Origin: Oscillospiraceae bacterium MB08-C2-2 | Lineage (GTDB): Bacteria > Bacillota > Clostridia > Oscillospirales > Ruminococcaceae | Length of the DNA stretch: 64,000 bases | Reading direction: 5' to 3' | Assembly: GCA_035621215.1 (NCBI GenBank) | Contig: CP141729.1 | Span: forward strand, 206,944 to 270,943 | Shown here: piece by piece, positions 46,671 to 55,372 of the stretch | Layout: each line of letters begins with the position of its first letter | Position numbering within the stretch: position 1 is the stretch's first letter | Translations under genes and position numbers: made by a program | Notes under the pieces: model-generated | What the model was told of the DNA's origin: nothing | Database searches by the model: none | The model's input: only the letters and a program-made list of their open reading frames with translations

Positions 46671-48716
46671 TCAGTTGGGCTGCTGGCCCACGCGCTCCAG
46701 CAAGCGCTGAACGCTTTGGGCAAGGCCTGCGTGCTCTTTTAGGGCAAGTCCGGGGTCTTGCTCCAGCAGGGTGATTGCACAGGTCTGCGCCTGAGAAAGC
46801 AGCTCCATATCATCGGCAAGGCTGGCAATGTGAAGCTCAGGGAGACCATGCTGGCGGCTTCCGAAAAAGTCACCCGGCCCCCGAAGCTTCAGGTCATATT
46901 CTGCAATCACAAAGCCGTCGCTGTGTTCCTTCATAACGCCGAGGCGCTTGCGGGAAGTTTCACCCTTGGCGTCGGAGCAAAGAATGCAGAAGGATTGGTG
47001 CTTTCCACGCCCTACCCGGCCTCTGAGCTGATGCAGCTGGCTCAAGCCGAAGCGCTCCGCATTTTCAATCAGGATAATAGCGGCATTGGGGACATCCACA
47101 CCCACCTCCACCACAGTGGTGGAAACCAAAAGCTGGAGCTGTCCCTTTTCAAAGGCGGACATAGCTTTTTCTTTATCGGCAGGCTTCATCTTTCCGTGGA
47201 GCAACCCCACCGTGTAGCCTTTAAAAATGCCCTCCGAAAGGCTCTTGGCATATTCCACGGCAGGGCGCAGCCCGGTATCCACTTCCCCCTGCTCAATAAG
47301 AGGGCAGACAATATAAGCCTGCCTGCCGCTGTCCAGATGCTTTTTAATAAAGCGCAGCGCCCGCTCCCGCTTGGAGGAATCGATTACAAAGGTTTCCACC
47401 GGCTGCCGCCCGGGCGGCAGTTCGTCCAACACCGAAAGCTTGAGATCACCATAAATCATCAAGGAAAGGGTGCGGGGAATGGGTGTGGCGGACATGACCA
47501 GCACATGGGGTTGCTGGCTTTTGCCCGCAAGCTGTGTCCGCTGGTTGACACCAAAGCGATGCTGCTCATCGGTAATCACCAGCCGCAGATTTTGAAACTC
47601 CACCCCTTGAGAAAGCAAAGCGTGGGTGCCTACACATAAATGAATGGAGCCCTCGGCCATCCCTGCGAGAATCGCTTTCTTTTGGCTTGCCTTGGTGGAG
47701 CCGGTGAGCAAAGCCACTTGGATGCCGCTGCCTTCAAGCAGGCGGGTCATGGTGGCCCAGTGCTGGCTGGCTAAAATTTCGGTGGGAGCCATCATGGCCG
47801 ATTGCCCGCCGTTTTGAAAGGTATACCAAACAGCGGCGGCCGCCACAAGGGTTTTCCCTGAGCCTACATCCCCCTGTAAAAGGCGGTTCATGGGAATACC
47901 GGAACGGAGATCGGCGGCGATTTCCTCCCCGCTGCGGCGCTGAGCACCGGTAGGGGAAAAGGGGAGGCCCTCATAGAACTTCTCCAGTGAATAGGGCTTC
48001 ATGGGTTCTACAGGAGAAATCTGATTATCCCAGCACAGCTTGCCCAACCTCAGGGAAAGCACCAGCAGCTCCTCAAAAATGAACCGCTTGCGTGCAACCG
48101 AAGCCGCATGCTCATTTTCGGGGAAGTGGATGTTACGCAGGCAATAGTTAATTTCGCCCAGCTGATAGCGGCGGCGAATATCGGGCGGTAAAATATCGGG
48201 GAAATCCGATATCTGCTCCAGAATTTGAGAAATATTCTTGCGGATAAACCGAGAGTTCAGCCCCGCCGTTTGGGGGTAAACGGGCAGAAGCTTCCCCCCC
48301 TCAGACAGGCTGTATACCTCCGGGGAGAGCAGCTCTTTTTTCACAAAGGAGCCTCCCGGCTTGCCAAGAAAGATATATTCTCCTTCCAGGCGAAGCCCCT
48401 CGGCCAGAAACTTGTTGTTAAAAAGGGTGATGGTGATGCGCCCGGTGGAATCCTCCGCGGTCAGCTTAAAGAGGGAAAAACCTGCCCGAATGCGCTGTTC
48501 ACCGGATTTGTGGGTGATGGTGGCCACAATGGCACAAAGCTCCCCTAAAGGAGCTTCCTCTATGGTCAGAAGCTTGGTCAAATCCAGATAGCTGCGGGGG
48601 TAATGGGCTAACAGCTCCCCGGCAGTGTGGATACCCAGCTTATGATACAGAGCAGCCCGGCGTTCTCCCACACCCTTTAGATACTGCACCGGTGTTTGAG
48701 TGGTAAGAGGCGGCAT
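46671..48716 (-). CDS. recG: ATP-dependent DNA helicase RecG
   Basis: The start MPPLTTQTPVQYLKGVGERRAALYHKLGI (AAGGGGGAA RBS) is followed by a wedge domain and helicase motifs ...GDVGSGKT..., ...VITDEQHRFGV... and ...GRVGRG.... The ORF-track start at 48824 is an N-terminal over-extension. Confidence 0.85.
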   Translation of the reverse strand: MPPLTTQTPVQYLKGVGERRAALYHKLGIHTAGELLAHYPRSYLDLTKLLTIEEAPLGELCAIVATITHKSGEQRIRAGFSLFKLTAEDSTGRITITLFNNKFLAEGLRLEGEYIFLGKPGGSFVKKELLSPEVYSLSEGGKLLPVYPQTAGLNSRFIRKNISQILEQISDFPDILPPDIRRRYQLGEINYCLRNIHFPENEHAASVARKRFIFEELLVLSLRLGKLCWDNQISPVEPMKPYSLEKFYEGLPFSPTGAQRRSGEEIAADLRSGIPMNRLLQGDVGSGKTLVAAAAVWYTFQNGGQSAMMAPTEILASQHWATMTRLLEGSGIQVALLTGSTKASQKKAILAGMAEGSIHLCVGTHALLSQGVEFQNLRLVITDEQHRFGVNQRTQLAGKSQQPHVLVMSATPIPRTLSLMIYGDLKLSVLDELPPGRQPVETFVIDSSKRERALRFIKKHLDSGRQAYIVCPLIEQGEVDTGLRPAVEYAKSLSEGIFKGYTVGLLHGKMKPADKEKAMSAFEKGQLQLLVSTTVVEVGVDVPNAAIILIENAERFGLSQLHQLRGRVGRGKHQSFCILCSDAKGETSRKRLGVMKEHSDGFVIAEYDLKLRGPGDFFGSRQHGLPELHIASLADDMELLSQAQTCAITLLEQDPGLALKEHAGLAQSVQRLLERVGQQPN

Positions 48717-49017
48717 GCTGTTCCCCCTTTCTCTAACGGGATATAACAAAATACAGTGTATAATTGCCCATGACCGTAGGCTGGGCATAAGAGTGAAACG
48801 TAAAATATACTCATATAGCTTCAAAACTGCAACGCGATTTAAACCTATACAACGATAACCACTTTGGGGCTATTTTACCATAAAATGGCGGGCTTGTCCT
48901 GTGGTTACAGTAAAAACACGCCGATAATAGCCTGAAAATAAAGAACCGGCTTTCCCAGAAGGAAAACCGGTTGAGTAGACAATGATATATTTGTCAGATA
49001 GATTGCTTTCGGAAAGA

Positions 49018-49824
49018 TTACCACTTTCTGGAGCTGCCGCCGCCACCAAAGCTGCCGCCGCCACCAGAAGAACCTCCGCCAAACCCGCCACCACCGAAGC
49101 CTCCGCCACCGAAACCACCAAAGCCGCCAAAATGATCGTCATCATCCCGATAGGTTTTAACAAAATTGCGTCGCGGGCGGACATATGGGGCATAGCGGCC
49201 AAGACGAATTAATCTGCGGCGATTGGCGTTTTGCAGCAAAATGGAAATAACAAGAATAGCAATAAAGATGCCGATGCTGCCCAGCCCAAAACTGCTTTCC
49301 TCTGTGACTACAGTGCCGATTTCCTCTGGAACTTCCAAGCCGTAATGCTTATAAACAAGGGCTGCGGTGGCTTCAAACCCCTCCACAATGCCGGTGGAGT
49401 AATTCCCTTCCCGGAACTGCGGGAGCATATAGTCATCCTGAATACGGCCGGTGAGAATATCGGTCAGGGTACCTTCAAGCCCTTTACCCACCTCAATGCG
49501 TGATTCCTGATCCCCAATGGAAACCAGTATCAGCACACCGTTATCCTTACCTTTTTGGCCCAGCTTCCACTCATCCACAACCCCGATGGAATAGGATTCA
49601 ATATCCAAGCCATCCAGACTTTCCACAGTGAGCAGGGCCACCTGTGCACCGGTTTGAGCTTCCAGCTGGCGGGCAATTGCCAGCATCTGCTCTTGGTCGG
49701 CGGTGCTGCAAAGATTGGCATAATCGTTGACAAACAACGCGGAGGAAGGTGCAGGTGGGCTGGCGCCCATAAGCAGCACTGCCACCAGCACAAGGCTCAG
49801 CAGTATTGTAATTTTTCTCTTCAT
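49018..49824 (-). CDS. TPM-domain protein (YgcG family) with a TM anchor and a Gly-rich C-terminal tail
   Basis: A signal/TM is followed by ...VNDYANLCSTADQEQML...VALLTVESLDGLDIESYS...DNGVLILVSIGDQESRIEVGKGLEG.... The C-terminus is GGFGG repeats. Confidence 0.75.
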   Translation of the reverse strand: MKRKITILLSLVLVAVLLMGASPPAPSSALFVNDYANLCSTADQEQMLAIARQLEAQTGAQVALLTVESLDGLDIESYSIGVVDEWKLGQKGKDNGVLILVSIGDQESRIEVGKGLEGTLTDILTGRIQDDYMLPQFREGNYSTGIVEGFEATAALVYKHYGLEVPEEIGTVVTEESSFGLGSIGIFIAILVISILLQNANRRRLIRLGRYAPYVRPRRNFVKTYRDDDDHFGGFGGFGGGGFGGGGFGGGSSGGGGSFGGGGSSRKW

Positions 49825-49870
49825 AAACACTCCATTTGGTATTTAGCCGTTTTGGCTATACCCATTCCGG

Positions 49871-50440
49871 CTACTTGGAAAAATCCACAGTAGGCGCAGA
49901 TTGAGCTGATTGCTCGGCTTCAAAATAATCCATTTTGTCAAACCCAAACATTCCCGCCAACAGGTTGGAAGGGAATCTGCGGATGCGGCCGTTGTATTGC
50001 CGAACAGCCTCATTGTAGCGCTGGCGAGAAACCTTAATTCTATTTTCAGTGCCTTCCAGCTGGGTCTGTAAATCCAAGAAATTTTGGTTGGCTTTTAATT
50101 CTGGGTAATTTTCAACCACAACAAGCAGTCTTGAAAGAGCCGAGCTCAGTTCGGAATCGGCCTGGGCCACCTCCTGCATGCTGCCAGCGCCCATCAGCTT
50201 GGAGCGGGCATCGGCAATGCTTGTGTATATTTCTTCTTCATGGGTGGCAAAGCCCTTGACTGTTGCAACCAAATTGGGAATTAAATCATTGCGGCGCTGC
50301 AAATCAGCCTGCACATCAGCGAAGCTTTGCTGAACCGTTTCACTGGAAGCCACCATTCCATTGTAGGTTCCGGCCAGTGAAAACACGATCACTAAAACAA
50401 TTCCAATAATTACCAGAAGTATAATTGTACCTTTTTTCAT
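49871..50440 (-). CDS. lemA: LemA family protein
   Basis: MKKGTIILLVIIGIVLVIVFSLAGTYNGMVA...RRNDLIPNLV...ENYPELKAN... is LemA; it forms the typical lemA-TPM gene pair. Confidence 0.8.
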   Translation of the reverse strand: MKKGTIILLVIIGIVLVIVFSLAGTYNGMVASSETVQQSFADVQADLQRRNDLIPNLVATVKGFATHEEEIYTSIADARSKLMGAGSMQEVAQADSELSSALSRLLVVVENYPELKANQNFLDLQTQLEGTENRIKVSRQRYNEAVRQYNGRIRRFPSNLLAGMFGFDKMDYFEAEQSAQSAPTVDFSK

Positions 50441-50624
50441 ATTCATACCATCCTTTAACATAATCTGAAAAAACAAGCATTTAAAACGGGTAAAGCAACC
50501 TCATGCCGAGCCTTTGAAAATTGATTGCACGGCATGACCATAGAGCTGTTCGTCTTCTAATTTCACTTAATTATATAACTGACAATAGAGATACTTTGAC
50601 AGCGTTTTTAAATTGTTCAGGTGC

Positions 50625-50773
50625 AAGGTTTTGTGGCGTGTGTTCGCAAATCCTTTCAGGCAGTCAATTAATGTATCTGAAACGGCAAGACAAGCCTGTT
50701 TTGCCATCAAACAGAGCGAAAATTGCTCTGTTTGCAAATGCGCTTCGCAAAGCGCATTTGTTTAGTGGACATT
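50625..50773 (+). repeat. Copy A of a 149-nt conserved structured element containing two adjacent perfect hairpins
   Basis: It is about 88% identical to 62389..62537. It contains CAAACAGAGC-gaaaatt-GCTCTGTTTG and CAAATGCGCTT-cgca-AAGCGCATTTG followed by TTT. It lies 315 nt upstream of the GGDEF/EAL gene. Confidence 0.7.
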
Positions 50774-51088
50774 ATATGGGTTATTATACTCTGATTCGGT
50801 CAAAAAAACAAATGAAGAAACCATGAACCTATATAGCCGTGTCGCAATACCGATTTTTTCATGTTTTTATGTTGCCTTTTGTTGCATTTGAAGTATGTAT
50901 TTGATATTATCATAGTGTACGCAAAAAAATCATTCGAAGAGCAAAGGGATGGATACTTATTGCATTTATCCCCAGCTTGTAGCAGCTTTTTTTATTGAGT
51001 GTGCCTTATAATTTATACATGCCGTAAAGCGGAAAAAACGGTGGGTTGATAACAGGCGAAGCACCGGCCGTGCAATGTTAAAGGGGGA

Positions 51089-54000
51089 GTGGTATTGGCG
51101 GCCAGACTGGCAAAAAATTCAATCCGGAAACGTCTTGTGGCCTTTATGATACTCCTCATTGTTTTTCAATCCATTATTGTATTGGTTGTGCTGAGCTTGC
51201 AGGGCGTTTTTGGACGGTTGGATGAGGATTCCGAAAAATATTTTCTGGGTCATGTTACCATCCGGGCCGATGCATTGGAAAAGGAGATGGAACAGCGCTG
51301 GTCTTCCTTTTCTTATCAATATGATCAAATGGTGCGCATCATTCAGGAATATATGGAAGAAACCGGCCTGAGCTATGATGAGCTTTCACAGGATCCCAAG
51401 CAGGTTGGTATATTACTGGATAGCTTAATGGCTCCCACTGTGGGGCTGCTCCATTCTGGCAACACCACCGGAGCTTTTATCGTTTTAGATGCTGTTCCCA
51501 CCACTGAACCGGCAGGAGAGCAGATGCCCGGGATTATGCTGCAATATGCAAACCCCAAACAGATACAGGAGGATGAATCGGATGTGCTGCTGGTGGTTGG
51601 GCCTCCGACAGTTTCCCACCGCTATTCTGTGTTGGCTGATGAAGACTGGACCTTTGATTTTGATTTTAAACCATTGACCCCGCAGCAGGTTAAGCTGCAA
51701 ATGAGCCTGGATTATTTCTATAAGCCTCTTTATGCAGCGCAAACCTATCCATCCAAGGAGCTTATAGATTTAGGGTATTGGTCTCCCAGCTTTCGTCTGA
51801 CTCCTGAAGGAAGTCTCAATATGACCTATTCACTGCCCTTAATCGGTGAAGACGGCGAAGTATTCGGGGTGGCGGGCGTTGCCATTTCGCAGGATTATTT
51901 CCAGAATCTGCTTCCGATTGAAGAAATTGTGCGGGATGGAGATAACGCTTATTTTCTTGCAGTCTATGATCGGGAGAGCAATAACTTTTACAGCAGTGTT
52001 TATACCGGCTTCATGCTGGAGGCTTCCAGCTCTTTGCAGCCTATTTATTCCGCAGTGGATATTTATAAACAGTATGGCATTATTCCCCGCACAGAAGGAG
52101 CTTTTTATAAAGTCGATTACCTATCCTCATCAGGCGAAGAACGAAGCGTTGCCATGGGCGTGGTTCCCTTAAAGATATACCATGGGGGCTCGCCTTTTGC
52201 AGATCAGACTTGGTATCTGGCCGGGCTTACCCGTGAGCAGTCTTTGTATATCAGCTCCCAGTGGCTGCAAAAGGTTGTGATTATTTCTTTGCTGCTCAGC
52301 CTTGTGCTGGCGCTGACAGGGGTTCTTTACCTGAGCGGAAAGTTCGTGCGCCCTATTTCCAAATTGGTGGGCTCCATTCAGGAAATAAACCCTTATAGTG
52401 GTGTTGAGGTGGTGGAAACCGGCATTGCCGAGTTGGATGTGCTCTCTTCCGCAGTGGGGGTAATGGCCAACGATGTTGCCGAAGCTTCCTCCAAAGTGGC
52501 TACGATTCTTGAGCTGACCGATCTCTTGGTTGGTGTCTTTGAGGTGAATCAACGCAACGACAAAGCCTATGTTTCAGCTACAGCCCAGAGACTGCTGGAG
52601 CTTCCTCCCAATGCCAGTGGGCTGATGGATCAAAACACATTTACCCCACGGCTGGAAACCGTTATGCTCAACTTGGAGGAAGGCTGGGAGGATGTCTATT
52701 TTACACAGGTAAAGGGTGAAGCACGCTGGCTCCGCATCCGCACAAAAATGACCGAAACCAAGGTTGTGGGTACTGTAATGGATCTTACCCGGGAGGTTTT
52801 GGAGAAGCGCCGGATGGATTTCGAGCGTGATTATGACAGCCTCACCCATCTTTTTAACCGCCAGGCTTTTTACAATAAAGTATACAAGTTGATGGAAAAA
52901 GGGCAAGTGCAGGTCGCCAGCATGATTAAATGGGATTTGGACAGCCTGAAATATGTTAATGATACATATGGGCATAATTGGGGTGATCAATATCTCTGCA
53001 CAGCGGCTCAGGTTCTTGCCCATCTGCCTGCCGAGCATGCGCTGGCTGCCCGCAATTCCGGAGATGAGTTCTTTACCTTTCTATACGGCTTTGAGAGCAA
53101 AGAACACCTTTATGAGCAGCTTTGGGCGCTGCGTGATGCCATGGATACGGCAACGTTGATCCTGCCCAACAGCCGTCCGTTTAAGGTGCGCAGTTCGGCC
53201 GGATTTGCATGGTATCCCGATGATACCACCGATCTGGATACTCTGATCCGCTATGCGGATTATGCTATGTTCGAGGTTAAAAACTCCAAAAAAGGAACCT
53301 CCAATGAATTTGACGCTGGCTCCTATGAAAAGTTTTCGTTCCTGATCAATAAGAAGGAATCGCTCAACGTTCTCATTGATAGCAATCGTGTTCGCTATGC
53401 CTTTCAGCCCATCGTGGATGCGGTCAGCGGCGAGATTTTCGCTTATGAAGCTCTCATGCGCCCCGATAGCGAGTTGTTTTCTTCGCCGTTGGAGGTGCTC
53501 CAGATTGCACGCTCCCAATCCAAGCTTCATCATATTGAGCGTCAGACCATTTTCAATGTGCTGGATTACTATCAAAATAAGCGTTCTCTTTTTGGAAACA
53601 GCCGCATTTTTATCAATACAATTCCCAGTCAGGTGTTGGAGCAGGAGGATGTGCAGCGTATTCTTTCCCAATACCATGAGCTCCTGCCTATGACAGTATT
53701 CGAGATGACTGAAGGAGATGAATCCCTTGGCTCAGCGCCCAGTATGCTGAAAAAGCTGGAGATGGCATCCCAGCTTGGGGTGCAAATTGCCATTGATGAT
53801 TTCGGTTCCGGTTACAGCAACGAATCCGCTATCCTGAACATTAAATCCCATTATGTGAAATTCGACATTGGGCTGATTAAGGATGTGGATAAGGATTTGA
53901 AAAAGCAGCAGCTTCTTAAAGGGCTGGTGGAGTTTACCCAAACAAACGGAATTCTTACCATTGCCGAGGGTATCGAGACGGAAGAAGAGCTGCATACGGT

Positions 54001-54112
54001 GGTGGATCTGGGCGTGAACTACTTGCAGGGATATTTTCTGGCGAAGCCTTCCTTTGAGATAGGCGATGTTACAGAAGAGGCAAAGCGGGCCTTGAGAGGC
54101 TTGACTGTGTGA
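51089..54112 (+). CDS. Membrane sensor protein with a degenerate GGDEF domain (SGDEF) and an EAL c-di-GMP phosphodiesterase domain
   Basis: An N-terminal TM is followed by a large extracytoplasmic sensor region and a second TM. The GGDEF-like block ...AARNSGDEFFTF has S replacing the first G. The EAL domain carries ...AYEALMRP... and ...IAIDDFGSGYSN.... The start is a GTG at 51089 or a TTG at 51095 after AAAGGGGGAG. Confidence 0.8.
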   Translation: MVLAARLAKNSIRKRLVAFMILLIVFQSIIVLVVLSLQGVFGRLDEDSEKYFLGHVTIRADALEKEMEQRWSSFSYQYDQMVRIIQEYMEETGLSYDELSQDPKQVGILLDSLMAPTVGLLHSGNTTGAFIVLDAVPTTEPAGEQMPGIMLQYANPKQIQEDESDVLLVVGPPTVSHRYSVLADEDWTFDFDFKPLTPQQVKLQMSLDYFYKPLYAAQTYPSKELIDLGYWSPSFRLTPEGSLNMTYSLPLIGEDGEVFGVAGVAISQDYFQNLLPIEEIVRDGDNAYFLAVYDRESNNFYSSVYTGFMLEASSSLQPIYSAVDIYKQYGIIPRTEGAFYKVDYLSSSGEERSVAMGVVPLKIYHGGSPFADQTWYLAGLTREQSLYISSQWLQKVVIISLLLSLVLALTGVLYLSGKFVRPISKLVGSIQEINPYSGVEVVETGIAELDVLSSAVGVMANDVAEASSKVATILELTDLLVGVFEVNQRNDKAYVSATAQRLLELPPNASGLMDQNTFTPRLETVMLNLEEGWEDVYFTQVKGEARWLRIRTKMTETKVVGTVMDLTREVLEKRRMDFERDYDSLTHLFNRQAFYNKVYKLMEKGQVQVASMIKWDLDSLKYVNDTYGHNWGDQYLCTAAQVLAHLPAEHALAARNSGDEFFTFLYGFESKEHLYEQLWALRDAMDTATLILPNSRPFKVRSSAGFAWYPDDTTDLDTLIRYADYAMFEVKNSKKGTSNEFDAGSYEKFSFLINKKESLNVLIDSNRVRYAFQPIVDAVSGEIFAYEALMRPDSELFSSPLEVLQIARSQSKLHHIERQTIFNVLDYYQNKRSLFGNSRIFINTIPSQVLEQEDVQRILSQYHELLPMTVFEMTEGDESLGSAPSMLKKLEMASQLGVQIAIDDFGSGYSNESAILNIKSHYVKFDIGLIKDVDKDLKKQQLLKGLVEFTQTNGILTIAEGIETEEELHTVVDLGVNYLQGYFLAKPSFEIGDVTEEAKRALRGLTV

Positions 54113-54193
54113 TACGAACCGATGAACAGGGAAGTATCCCGTTCGAGAAAGGGCAGGGCAGCTGCTCAAAACGAAAACGTTCTGGTTTACATA

Positions 54194-54233
54194 AAAAAAG
54201 AGGCTGCCGCAATCAAGCGACAACCTCTTTTTT
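54194..54233. terminator. Bidirectional terminator hairpin between the convergent GGDEF/EAL and deoD genes
   Basis: aaaaaagaggctgccgcaatcaagcgacaacctctttttt. Confidence 0.5.
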
Positions 54234-54244
54234 CATCTTGGATT

Positions 54245-54955
54245 TTACAGAATACCCAAAGCAATTTCCATCATTTTGGTAAAGCTTTTCTGGCGTTCCT
54301 CCGCCGTGGTGGCTTCTTCCTTACCCAGCAGATCGGATACGGTCAGCAGACAAGCGGCATTTTTTCCGGTAACCGCCGCATTGTGGAAAAGCCCGAAGCT
54401 TTCCATTTCCACGGCAATGCAGCCATGTTCCTGATGAACTTTCTTCCAGTAGGGATTGGGCTGTGGCTCATAATAGAAAATATCCCCGGAATGCACACGG
54501 CCTTCCACCAGTGGGATTTCCAGCCCGGATGCACTCTGCCGAAGTCTTTTGCACAAAGCATCACCGGCTTTGATAACATTCCCGGTGAAACCGCTTTGAT
54601 AGAGGGCGTAAGTGGATTCACTAAAAGATTCAGTAACCAAAATCACGTCGAAAAGGGCCAAATCGGGTGCGTATCCACCTGCAGAACCGATGCGGATAAT
54701 ATTTTCCACACCATATTGGGTGAACAGCTCATAGGAATAAATACTGATGGAAGGGATTCCCATACCGCTGCCCATTACCGAAACAGGCTTTCCCTTATAA
54801 GAGCCGGTGTAACCCAGCATACCTCGGACATGATTAAACTCTACAGGGTTATCCAGATACGTTTCCGCAATAAATTTGGCACGCAGGGGGTCACCCGGCA
54901 TTAGAACCGTTTGGGCTATTTGTCCCATTTCAGCTTGGTTGTGTGGCGTTGGCAT
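54245..54955 (-). CDS. deoD: Purine nucleoside phosphorylase, DeoD-type
   Basis: MPTPHNQAEMGQIAQTVLMPGDPLRAKFIAETYL...VRGMLGYTGSYKGKPVSVMGSGMGIPS... is colinear with E. coli DeoD. Confidence 0.9.
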   Translation of the reverse strand: MPTPHNQAEMGQIAQTVLMPGDPLRAKFIAETYLDNPVEFNHVRGMLGYTGSYKGKPVSVMGSGMGIPSISIYSYELFTQYGVENIIRIGSAGGYAPDLALFDVILVTESFSESTYALYQSGFTGNVIKAGDALCKRLRQSASGLEIPLVEGRVHSGDIFYYEPQPNPYWKKVHQEHGCIAVEMESFGLFHNAAVTGKNAACLLTVSDLLGKEEATTAEERQKSFTKMMEIALGIL

Positions 54956-55087
54956 AGCAGGCTCACTCCTTTTTTACTATGCAACCAGTATAACATAACA
55001 TTGGGTAAAATCAATCCCTGAATCGTATGAATCACAGCTGAGTATAGGATTACATTATTCACTGCTGTAAAAAATGTTATGCAATAG

Positions 55088-55116
55088 TTGACATTTTTCT
55101 GATGAGGTTATATAAT
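55088..55116 (+). promoter_or_regulatory. Near-consensus sigma-70-type promoter (TTGACA-17 nt-TATAAT), likely driving the Ca2+-ATPase transcript through a leader of about 255 nt
   Basis: ttgaca at 55088-55093, a 17-nt spacer and tataat at 55111-55116. Confidence 0.55.
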
Positions 55117-55372
55117 GATATAAAATTGTTTTCTAAGGAGCTTCTCGACATTCCATGGATGATGGCGACAGTAGCAGCGAAGACAGCGATCGATGCTGTT
55201 TAAATAGGGTTTGTTTTGGAAGAATAGAATGATATGCTTTGCATTTTTAAAATGTCAAGGTATGTCTTTTTTTTGTTGTTTTTTTAGGATGGATTGATAC
55301 AGGTGTATACCCCGTGCGGGGCCTTGGCTCCGTGCCGGATAAATATATTTTTACTAAGGAGTTTTTTATTCA

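Noticed and set aside
50521-50826. 101-aa + strand ORF; also 62402..62590
   Set aside because: Both are translations across the duplicated structured element. The similarity of their peptides reflects nucleotide conservation of the element, not coding. Neither has an RBS.
50946-51010. Mini-ORF MDTYCIYPQLVAAFFIECAL starting with the same MDT codons as the Tyr-phosphatase
   Set aside because: It is too short and has no RBS. The resemblance to the phosphatase start is limited to about 9 nt and is probably chance.
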